Below, in pieces: positions 32,308-42,702 of a stretch of 64,000 nucleotides of DNA (the first letter of the stretch is position 1; each line of letters begins with the position of its first letter). The translations under genes were made by a program, and so were the position numbers. The notes under the pieces are model-generated. The model was not told the DNA's origin, made no database searches, and worked only from the letters and a program-made list of their open reading frames with translations. This DNA is from Histomonas meleagridis 2922-C6/04-290x (lineage: Eukaryota > Protista > Parabasalia). The stretch is taken from NCBI GenBank assembly GCA_020184695.1, contig JAANOX010000011.1:310001-374000 (forward strand), in the 5' to 3' direction.

Positions 32308-33258
32308 TCAAACTTCTTCTTCTGCTATTGCCTGAACAAATCTTTGATAGTGCCGAATATTATGTTGAACCAAAAGTGTGCCAATCAGCATCTCGTGTAC
32401 TTCGAGCAAATGATACAAATAAGATTTGGTATGATGTTGGCAGCACTGGCAATCACAATCTTCTGAAATAGGGCTGTGATCGTGCTCGTATTCGGGTGAT
32501 TTTAGATCGATGCAAATTGATTTCGATTCACTTTTCCCATCAAATGAAAATGTCATAGCAAATCCACGCTCTGCAAATACGAATGGAAGACGAGGAATTA
32601 ATAGGTCAAAGCCAAGAGAAATGGCCTTTCGGAGATCTGATGGATATCCATCCATTAAAATCATACGTGGTAAATTTTCCGGGCGTCTTGAAATGGCACT
32701 GGTGATTTCATCTTCAATTTCTTCAGTTAGTTCACCACATTGAACAAATAAAGCATTTTCATCATTTTGACTGATATGAGAAGTAAAGTTAATAGTGTTT
32801 TCGTATTTTGTAGAAAACTGTGTTGCCATTTCTGTTCTTATCTTCTTTTGCCTATTTGATGTATTTGGAAGAATTGATGAATAAAGAGATATTATTCCTT
32901 GAGGTCTAACAGATTCTACAAGTAAAGAATAATCCTCTGGTGTAACAAACTTGAGAGAGCCATTACGTGCATAAATTTTGATGCCTTTTGCTGTTGGACC
33001 TTCATCAAAGTTAAAAAAATCTGTTCCTGGTCCCATAAAAACCCATCTTTGTCCCATCCCTACTCCGACTGGAATTGGTACATTTTTCGGGAGTGCGTTT
33101 TCGACAAAATCTCCTGCAGAAAAGTAGACAGGAATATCATCAATAATGTCAGGTGTAAGATGCGGAATCATTCCCATTTCTGTTAATGCTAGAATGCAAG
33201 GTGTTTTTAAATTTGGTAATTTTCCTTGTGGATCTTCAATATTTAAAACTCTTTTCAT
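32308..33258 (-). CDS. QTRT2: Queuine tRNA-ribosyltransferase family protein, accessory subunit-like
   Basis: GMIPHLTPD, Zn site CDCQCC...H, TKSYLYHLL..HEM...LLVQHN. The catalytic-subunit motifs were not seen. Confidence 0.75.
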   Translation of the reverse strand: MKRVLNIEDPQGKLPNLKTPCILALTEMGMIPHLTPDIIDDIPVYFSAGDFVENALPKNVPIPVGVGMGQRWVFMGPGTDFFNFDEGPTAKGIKIYARNGSLKFVTPEDYSLLVESVRPQGIISLYSSILPNTSNRQKKIRTEMATQFSTKYENTINFTSHISQNDENALFVQCGELTEEIEDEITSAISRRPENLPRMILMDGYPSDLRKAISLGFDLLIPRLPFVFAERGFAMTFSFDGKSESKSICIDLKSPEYEHDHSPISEDCDCQCCQHHTKSYLYHLLEVHEMLIGTLLVQHNIRHYQRFVQAIAEEEV

Positions 33259-33351
33259 AATTTTTGATTACGACCAAAAAATCTAAAAATTCTCAATTTA
33301 GAAAGCGTCAATTTGAATTCAATCGTTTTAAAAACGCCACTTCATATATAC

Positions 33352-34110
33352 ATGAAAATCTATTTTCGAACTACATTTGGGAAGCCATATATCTTAGAGG
33401 TTTCTGGTCCAACTTCTGTCAGTGACATCAAGACAATGCTTAGTAAGAAATTTGGGTTTAATACACATAAAACATCACTTTTATTCGGAAACATTGTTTT
33501 AAATAATTCTACAATTTTAGATCCATCTCAACTTGAAGATACATTTGTCGTCATTCATGAAAGCATAAATAATCATAAAATGGTTCGGTCAATTCTTTCG
33601 CAATCTATACCACATCAAATTTCAAGACAAGAAACTACTACACCTCAACAAACACAAATCCAGTCAATACAACAAAATGGTATTCCACCCGATTTTGATG
33701 AGCATGTCCGTATGCTAGTTGATCAAGGATTTGACAAAGCCAAAGTTATTGAGTTTTTTCAAGCAGCAAATTACGACTACGACACCACATACTTTGCTCT
33801 TGTTCATGATCGGAAGCCAGAGGACAAGCCAAAGAAAAAGATAATTCCTGTTGAATCTGAAATTGAAATGAAACCAGAAGAGCTAAAAGTACACGACGAA
33901 GACGCAGATGTTTCTGAGCTCGATAAATATGATTTTGGCCCGCATAAAAAACATTTAGATAAAATGACAAATCAAGAAAAAGCCGGACTCTTAGATATCA
34001 TAAAAGCTTTTCCACAAACAGAACCATCTGTTGTGTTACAATTTTATGTTTCATGCGAAAAGAACTTTTCCACCACTAAAGAAATTATGAACAAAAATGG
34101 ACTTGTTTAA
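33352..34110 (+). CDS. UBL-UBA protein (Rad23-like), 252 aa
   Basis: N-terminal ubiquitin-like domain (MKIYFRTTFGK...LLFGNIVL), UBA (MLVDQGFDKAKV), and a C-terminal segment ending SCEKN as in Rad23 UBA2. Confidence 0.75.
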   Translation: MKIYFRTTFGKPYILEVSGPTSVSDIKTMLSKKFGFNTHKTSLLFGNIVLNNSTILDPSQLEDTFVVIHESINNHKMVRSILSQSIPHQISRQETTTPQQTQIQSIQQNGIPPDFDEHVRMLVDQGFDKAKVIEFFQAANYDYDTTYFALVHDRKPEDKPKKKIIPVESEIEMKPEELKVHDEDADVSELDKYDFGPHKKHLDKMTNQEKAGLLDIIKAFPQTEPSVVLQFYVSCEKNFSTTKEIMNKNGLV

Positions 34111-34203
34111 ATAAAAATCTATAATTTGTTATCTCAATTGTTCATCAAAGTCTATACAATCATCAAATATAATATTTTATTATCATTATAAATTTAGGCT
34201 AAG

Positions 34204-36310
34204 TTATAAAAATTTTTCTACAAGATCTAAATTCCCATTTGATATTTCAAAATAAAGTGCAGAGCGAAATGATTTTAATTTATTTCAAATATTATTTTGA
34301 ATTTTCAAATAATTAAAAAGATTTCTAATTAAATTATAAAAATATCTGTTGCATAGAGATCAATTTCTTTCTGTTCGAGAAGAATATCAATTATTTCATT
34401 ATGATCATTAGAAATAGCAAACATTAATGCGGTCATACCTAATATAAGTTATAAATATTAAATGAATAAAATCGATATTATCTTTTAAATTGATATCAAT
34501 TTGATCAAATTTTAGAAGCACTTTAACAATATCTACGAAACCTTTGGTAGATGCAATAATGAGAGCTGTTTTAAATATATTGATGATATACCAAATATTA
34601 TGTTTAATTTTTAAAACAATAAAATAAATACATTTTGTGCATTTAGTTCAATTCCTTTTTGTTCAAGAAGTAATTCAACAATGTCAACACGATTATGTTG
34701 TGTTGCAATTGTAAGTGCTGTTTCTAATAATTTACTTAAATTCCAAAAATATTATTCAAACATCAAAACACTAAAATAAATTGAAAATTTAAACATAAAA
34801 CATTTTTTGAATTTATATCAATTTTTTCTTGAATAAGAAGCAATTTAATAACTTCAATTCTATGATATTTTATAGCAAAGATTAGAGCTGTATCGAATAA
34901 TTTGAGTAAATTCCAAATATTATTGATATATATAAAATCTTTGATAAGAATATCAAATAATATCATTAAACATTCTTAAAATTATCAAGATCTTCCTGTT
35001 GAAGTAGCAATTTTCCGATTTCATTATGTCCTAACATAAATTCTTTTGTGATGATATTCTTGATTAATTAGAATAAATTTGAAATATTTGATAAAAATAG
35101 CAATTAATTTTAATAAACTTTGGATGATATTAATAAAAATTTTTTATATTTATTTCTATTTCTTCTTTTTCAAGAAGTAATTTTACAGTTTCAATATGAT
35201 TTCTTTCAGATGCATACATAAGTGCAGTACAAAATAATTATATTTAAGTCCAAATTCATTATTTAAACATAAAATCAATATAATCGACTATATATAGAGC
35301 GATTTTACATCTGTTGCATTTATGTCAATTCCTTCTTGATCAAGAAGTAACTTTACAATAATAAAATTGTTCTTTTTTGAAGCGCTCATAAGTGCTGTTC
35401 TAAATATTTTAAATAAATTCCAAATATTAGATAAAGTTTTCATTAAAATTAAAGGATCATATAATTGTATTATTAAATATTACTTGCATTTATACTGAAA
35501 TTTTTTATCCCAAGAATATATTCAACAATTGCAATGCTTCCTTTTTTACATGCCTTAAGAAATGCCAAAACAAAAAAATATATAGAACATTATATAATAT
35601 TTTGAAATAATAAAAATTAATAAACATTTTGTATAAGAAATTAATTTCATCAATATTATCATTAGGAAACATTTTTTCAAGATATATTTTAGCACATTCA
35701 ATTAACTCTTTTTTAAGTCTTTCAAAATATAATACATCAATTAATTATAATAAATTCCATATGTTACTTTAAAATGAAAAAAATATCGATAACACTATGA
35801 TGAATATTCACTATTTCTTCAAGAATATATGTAAATATAACATTAATATTATTGGCTGATATCTTATTCGAAGAGAATTTAAATACTATTGAAAAATATC
35901 AAATAAAAATCAAAAATATCAAATTTCCAAAAACGTTGAAAAAAAAAGAACACATATCATTGTGTGATATTATATCAGCTTGTTCAAGAATCGAAACAAC
36001 CATTTCTTTAAAACTATTTTGGATTAATGGTTCATATAAATCACCAAATAAAAACATGAAATAAAAAATTGGAATATACATCAAATGATTCATCAAAATC
36101 AATTTCTTTATCACCAAGAAAGCTTATAATGTTTGTAAGTAATTCATTACTTATAGAATTCCTGAATACTGTGTAATATAATTTAAATAAACTTTATAAA
36201 TTGAAATAAGATATTTTCAGTGTCAAAATAATTTTCTGCTTTTCTTGCAAGAAATTCAACAGAACTTATCATACTATCTTGATAAATATCATTCAAAATT
36301 TTATCATCAT
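34204..36310 (-). pseudogene. DUF3447-like/ankyrin locus with a decayed 5' half and spacer-separated repeats
   Basis: Stops in the 5' region. Measurable spacers are 80, 80, 80, 80, 62, 46 and 80 nt, plus one degenerate repeat. Loops YEGR, IYGC, DYGD, SDGE, NNGM, REER. The 5' boundary is approximate. Confidence 0.75.
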
Positions 36311-36325
36311 CTCCAAAATTTTAGA

Positions 36326-37271
36326 TTAAATGTTACAGAAATTAGAATGAGTTTCTTTATGATGAATTAACATTTTAACAATATCATCATAAGCTGAAGC
36401 ATAAACAAGTGCAGAGTTAAATATTGATAATAAATTCCAAATATTATTTGGAATTTTCACATAATAAATATAAATTCTAAATTAATTAAAGAAACATCTT
36501 TAGCATCTATATCAATTCCTTCTTGATCAAGAAGGAATTTTACAATATCCTTGTTTCCCATTTTTGCAGCAAGTATTAATGGTGTTTCAAATATCATTTT
36601 AAAATATGATATTTTTGAAACAAACTTTAATAAAACATCATTAACGTGATTCGTACAATTTATATCAATTCCTTTTTGCTGAAGAAGTAATTTAATGATA
36701 TTTGTTCTCTCATTTATAAATGCAATCATAAGTGCTGTATCATATATTGTAAGTAATTTCCAAACGTTAATTAAAAATATTAAATATTAAAAAGAAATAT
36801 TAAAGAAAACAAATAAAAATTTTTATCATTAATATCAATTCTTTTTTGTTCAAGAAGTAATTTAACAATTTCAATTTCATTATATTTAGATGCTAGCATA
36901 AAAGCAGTATCAAATATTATGGGTAATTTCCAAATATTATTTTTTAACTTTAAGTTATTATAATAAATATCAAATGAAACAAATAAAAATTTTTAGCATT
37001 AATATCAATTCCTTTTTGCTGAAGAAGTAATTTAACAATTTCAATTTTATTATTTTCAGATGCAATCATAAGCTGTATCAAACAAATTATATAATTTCCA
37101 AATATTATTCTCAAATTTTAAATTATCAAAACGAAATTTAAATAAAATTATTTTATATTTTTAAAATCTATATCAATATTTTTATGTTGCAGAAGTAACT
37201 TAACAATATCAAATAAATTATGACTAGTAGCATAATGAAGTACTTTTTCGAATATTTGAAAAAAAATCCAT
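36326..37271 (-). pseudogene. Ankyrin-only locus; six repeats, with a 2-nt deletion in repeat 2
   Basis: ATG at 37271 (MDFFQIFEKVLHYATSH). Spacers 80, 80, 80, 63 and 80 nt decode to KKGD, DKGD, NNGD, HKHE and REGN. Deletion near 37072 (acagcttatg). Confidence 0.7.
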
Positions 37272-38059
37272 TTATGAATTTGGAACATCATTTTAAAAAA
37301 TACCGGCCACACTTTTCGAATGCAATTCTATTAAAGACGATCGAAGAGGAAAATACTTATTTTGGCTGGGTTTGTGATTCATAAGAACTTTTTATAAGCC
37401 AGAATTTCATATGGGGTTCATAATTCATTACATACAGTATATTCATCACATATGTATATTATTTTCATTTCGAAAAAAATGATTATCATTTTTCATTTCA
37501 TTGTTAAATAAATATACTGTGCAATTTAAACGCCCAGTCAACAGCAGTCATTATAAAATGTGCATTCATACAATTTTTGTGATGATTCTTCCGAAAATAA
37601 AAATCCAGACTCACTCAGTATCGTAACAAGATAATTTAAACCGTTTTAATTCAATAGTAGTACTACTATTGATATTTTTCAATTTTGATAAGCGGATTCG
37701 GTTATTTTCAATTGGGTATTAACAAATAACCGCTATTTAAAAAGTTATAACTTGCTTCAAAAAGAAATCAATAAAAATTCTCATAAGACATTAAAGCAAC
37801 ACATAAAATTATAATATGAAAATTTTAATTTGGTCATGTTACATGTACAATTTTTGATCAAATACTTAAGATTATTTCAATCGATATGCAAAATGATTTT
37901 ATAACAATAAAAAAAATTTTGAATAAAATTGAATATATTTTAATTGCCGATTAATTAAAGGACATTAATCAAATTTAAATCATGTTTGCGTAAGGATATC
38001 AGTTCGATGGAACACCAAAAAGTATTGAAAAAACCGTCAGTCAAAAAGTTCAATCCCAA

Positions 38060-40006
38060 ATGAGCGAAAAATCATATTTCGAATATAAGACGGATGATGG
38101 GACACCATATTACTACGACAATGACACAGGCGAATCTACATTTGACAGACCAAATGATGGTGTAATATATGATCCAGAAACAATGGAAATATTATACTCG
38201 GTTCCTGATGCTTCAAATCAACAAGCTACTGAAGCGCCAACGGAGCCCAGTGAGCCCAATAAAACCAATGAAATAAATGAAACACCAACAGAAGAACCAC
38301 CACAAGAACAACCTAATACTAATACACAGAATGAAGAAACCAATCAACCAGTCAATACAGAAACCACTCAACCTGAAACCACAGAAACCGTACAAGAACA
38401 ACCACAAGAACAACATTCTCGTACTAGTAGTAAAGGTAGTCATGTATCCATAGAAGAATCACGTGTCAAGAAGCCCAGAAAATCGAATGTCAAAAATCAA
38501 AAAGCCACCAAAAAGGCCGGTCGTGTCACCAAGAAGAAGAACAATGACCCCAAAAACAAACCCCAATCCAAACAACCTGGCAATATCAGACAAACAGATT
38601 CGCAAATTATGGGGCGTGCGCTTGTCAAAGCCAATCACAATCGCTCAGCCTCCAATGGGAACAAGATTGTACTTGGTAATATCCAAGCCATGCAAATGCT
38701 CAAAAAAATCCGCATAGTTATCTCCCAAACAGAAGAAGAGCGTGCCTCGAAAGAGATCACTCGTGCAGAGATCGGCGACACCCATCATCCGGTTGGTCAA
38801 GACATCAAAAATGTTATTGATAAATATCAGATGCCGACATTTGCCCAAAGCCACTTCCAAACCCACATCCGCGGCAACATATTCCGTCGTAAGAACGTTC
38901 CTTTAGAAGAGCTCATTGAATTCTCCGATAAGATGATCACAAAACCGTTACTCAAAAGCACTCCAAAGTCATTAGAGAAACAAGCGCGACAAATCTTTAA
39001 GTGCATTCTCATGTACAGTGGTGTTGCGAAGAACAAAAAAGGCATGTCACCCATCCAAAAGTTTGTTTCGTTAGTTGGTTCCGATCCAGTTCTAATTGAC
39101 GAAGCTTATTTCCAACTTATGCGACAAACTCGGAATAATCCGAATGTCAAATGGCGGATCCGAACATGGAAATTATTTTTAGTATTAGCGACAGTATTTC
39201 CACCTTCAGAGCCATTACAGATGCAAATCTCGTCACATATCATTCGTAGCATGGCGGACCCGGAGCCACGTGTTGTTACTTTAGTCCAATTTACATTTAT
39301 TCGCTATGAAACGCGATGTTCATTAGGCGAAACATTACAAGAGCCGAACTTGATGACGTATGTCTTAGAGATTCCGAAACATCCGCAAATCTCCAAGAAA
39401 CAATTTAATGTCTCATTATCCGAAGTAATGTGGACACAGCGCACGACGATGCCGAAGTGTCCGATCCCATACATCGAGTATGTAATGTGCCAAACGATTA
39501 TCGAAAAAGGTGGATTCCATACTGAAGGCCTCTTTCGGCTGCCGGGGAGCATGCGGATTGTGAACGAGTTAGCAGACAATAGTAACGAAATATTCGAAGC
39601 ATTAAAGAGTGATAAAGTGGGGATACATGACGTCGGATCACTACTGAAGATGTGGTTCAGGAAGTTGTCCACGCCAATTATACCGGTGAACATGATCAAC
39701 GACTTTAGGGCGTACTGCGAACAAGGCGAATACGTCGCGTTCACTGCGCTCCTACCGAAGACAGATATGTACACGCTGATGTACTTGATCGGATTCTTGA
39801 AGGAATGCGCTAAACATGTGAACGAAACAAAAATGGGTGACGTGAACTTGGCAACGGTGTTCGGACCAAACATTCTGCTCCTCAGAGAGGCAAACGTGGA
39901 GTTCATGCAGTCGTCGTCAAGAATGGCAAACGATTTCATATTAGAATTGATTAGGAATTGGGATACGTCTCAATTGTACCCACTGCCGCCCGATTTACTG
40001 AATTAA
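38060..40006 (+). CDS. WW-MyTH4-RhoGAP protein (ARHGAP39/Vilse-like architecture)
   Basis: TDDGTPYYYDNDTGESTFDRP (WW-like), DEAYFQLMRQTRNNP (MyTH4), EGLFRLPGS...LLKMWFRKL...NLATVFGPNIL (RhoGAP). Confidence 0.9.
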   Translation: MSEKSYFEYKTDDGTPYYYDNDTGESTFDRPNDGVIYDPETMEILYSVPDASNQQATEAPTEPSEPNKTNEINETPTEEPPQEQPNTNTQNEETNQPVNTETTQPETTETVQEQPQEQHSRTSSKGSHVSIEESRVKKPRKSNVKNQKATKKAGRVTKKKNNDPKNKPQSKQPGNIRQTDSQIMGRALVKANHNRSASNGNKIVLGNIQAMQMLKKIRIVISQTEEERASKEITRAEIGDTHHPVGQDIKNVIDKYQMPTFAQSHFQTHIRGNIFRRKNVPLEELIEFSDKMITKPLLKSTPKSLEKQARQIFKCILMYSGVAKNKKGMSPIQKFVSLVGSDPVLIDEAYFQLMRQTRNNPNVKWRIRTWKLFLVLATVFPPSEPLQMQISSHIIRSMADPEPRVVTLVQFTFIRYETRCSLGETLQEPNLMTYVLEIPKHPQISKKQFNVSLSEVMWTQRTTMPKCPIPYIEYVMCQTIIEKGGFHTEGLFRLPGSMRIVNELADNSNEIFEALKSDKVGIHDVGSLLKMWFRKLSTPIIPVNMINDFRAYCEQGEYVAFTALLPKTDMYTLMYLIGFLKECAKHVNETKMGDVNLATVFGPNILLLREANVEFMQSSSRMANDFILELIRNWDTSQLYPLPPDLLN

Positions 40007-40412
40007 TTGATTTAATAAAAAGCAATTTGATAATACATGAAAATGCGAATTAATGACATTAACGAGTGAATGTGAATGCGAATGCGGTGTCATATGGAAT
40101 GGTGTAAACACTTCGCTTTTGTATAATTTATAGTTGAATTAGAACTATAATTTTTTATGGTGATATTGTTGTTAGAAATAAATTGATAATAAGTTTTACA
40201 GTTTTCATGTGAAAAAATTAAATTATTTTTGCTTGTGATATTTTGATCATATATTTTTTTATTTATGGTGTGTTTCTTCGTGTCTTTTGGTTTCTCTTCC
40301 TTTTTTTCGCTAATCTCAGCGAGGAAGTAAATATTGTTTTGTAACATGTGAATTAATTCCGGATTATATTTGAAATATTATATTATTAAAACAAACATCA
40401 AATGAAATAAAT

Positions 40413-40590
40413 ATCTTTTGCATTAATATTAATTTTTTCATGAGTTAATAGTAATTTAACTATTTCTGTTTTGTCATTTTTTATTGCTATCATAAATGTT
40501 GTTTCATTTAATTTAAACAATTTCCATTCATTATTTTAAATATTAAATTACCAAAATAAAAATCAAACAATAGAAATAAATATCTTTATT
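40413..40590 (-). pseudogene. Orphan ankyrin repeat with a 79-nt spacer downstream of the 42639 gene
   Basis: KD at 40584, spacer 40503-40581, then TTFMIAIKNDKTEIVKLLLTHEKININAKD. Confidence 0.7.
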
Positions 40591-40614
40591 AAGGTAATTA
40601 TTTTAAATCCATTT

Positions 40615-42639
40615 TCAAAATTTCGTGTATTCTTGGTGTGCAAATTTCAAATTGCATCGTCTAGTTTTATTTATCATTCCTGATTCCAATAATTTAACAA
40701 TTTCAGTATGTCTATAATATTTTGCAATCATTATTGCTGTTTGAATATATGGAAAATAACCCCAAACAGATGTTAGAATCTTGGAACTTTCTAACTAACC
40801 ATCGATTAAGGTGTGTAAATATTTTTTACATTTATATCAATTGCCTTGTGTCTTATCAGTAATTTTACAATTTCATTAAAACCTAATATTGATGCTTCCA
40901 TTAATGCAGTATTGAGAAATTTATATAAACTCCAAACAACATTTTGTAACACGAATTAAATAAGATAAAGACTAAAAATAAAAAATAAATATTTTTTTCA
41001 TTTACATTCGTTTGCTTACACTTTAATATGATTCCAACAATTTCAGTATAGCCAAAGTCTGTGGCACATAAAAGAGGTGTATTAAAAAACATAGATAAAT
41101 TCCATATAAAGTTTTAAAAAATCATCAAATATATATTATTAATAGATTTGAAATTTAAATCAAATCCTTTGAGAGTAGCAAAAAATTTAATAATTTCAGT
41201 ATTTCCATTTTGAATTGCTATATGTATTGCTGTATCAAATTATATGAACTAACACCAATCATTAAAAATTATCTCTAAAAAATTGATATTAAAATTGATA
41301 ACAATAAAAAAATATTTTTTTCATATAAATTAATTTCTTTTTCTTTAGAAACTAAACTCACAAATAAGACATGACCATTTTTACATGCTTTCATAAGTGC
41401 TGTATTAAATAATTTAATTATACTCCATTTTTACTTTAAAACAAACACTAAAAAATATTCGAAAACTTTAAAATTATAATCAATTTTACCTTTCTTTTGG
41501 AGATATTGAAGAATTTCTATGTTTCCAGAATTAGCTGCTTTTATTAAAAGCAAATTTATGTTTAATTTTTTATTGAAATTAAGAATTGGGAAAATATTTC
41601 CAACTTTTATAAATGTTCTAATAAACTGTTCATTAATTTCCATTCCATTTTGTACTAAATAGAAATATATCTCGTAATTATCATATTTAATACAATTAAT
41701 TCCTAAATTCTGAATAATGTTTTGTGATTTTTTCTTATTATTTCTTTTATCAATAATTTCTTTTTCATAAAAATATTTAAAAATATCATTTCGATGATAT
41801 TGAATTGAAATTTCGAATTTATTTTCAAAAGATAAATTTTTTTGTTCACATAATTTAACAATTTCTAAGTTTCCTCCAGCAATAGCATATTTTCCTGTAT
41901 CTTTCAGCCCATTAAGTTTTGGCAACAAATATTTAAAACATTGAATTGCACAAAAATATGCACAATAATCAATTATTGATACATTATCATTATTAACAAA
42001 AGTACATTTTTCATATATTGAAGGCTCAATTTTTTGATTAATTTTATAATATCTTTTTGATAATATTTCTTTTAATTGTTCTAAATCATCATTCCGTATA
42101 ATTTTTGTGATTTCTAATGGATTAACTCCTTCATTAATTAGTTCTTTATGAAGTTTCCAATCATCTTTCGAAAGTTCTTCAAAGTTTGAATCAAAATATT
42201 CATAAAATTGATTAAATTCTATTAAATTATATACATTTTCTTTTGGAAGATAATTTGCAAAATATAAATTATTTTTAGCATAACTTGAAGGAATAATTCC
42301 TTTTTCAATCATTTTTACTAAAAAATAATTTGATTCTTGAGTTTTCATTCCACGAAGATATTCTTTGAATATATTTAAAATTGGATCTGTGTAAGGGCAA
42401 ATTTGATTCTCATTGACTTCAATTAATTTTAAATATTCAAAATAAAGCCCAGGCTCTTTCATTTGGGTAACAAATGCTCTATATACAAAACGACAAATAA
42501 TAATATTAAATGAATAACAAAAATTTCGATTAAATAAATTCATAGAACTCTGTACAGATAATTCCATATTATCATAATTCAGCCCAAAAATTATTTCTTC
42601 GAGTGTTTGAATCATTTGTTCCCAATTAAAATTCATCAA
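40615..42639 (-). CDS. DUF3447-like + ankyrin-repeat gene; reconstructs to an intact 572-aa ORF after removing the 17-nt inserts
   Basis: 391 open codons, spacers of 63, 80, 63, 80 and 80 nt (SNGN, NRGD, DDGN, SRGN, DQGQ), four 30-aa repeats and a 41-aa end. The parse of the first spacer is tentative. Confidence 0.8.
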
Positions 42640-42702
42640 AAATTAAACTTATTTATACAAAAGTGACGACAAAATATAAACAATTATAAAATTTGGATTT
42701 AC

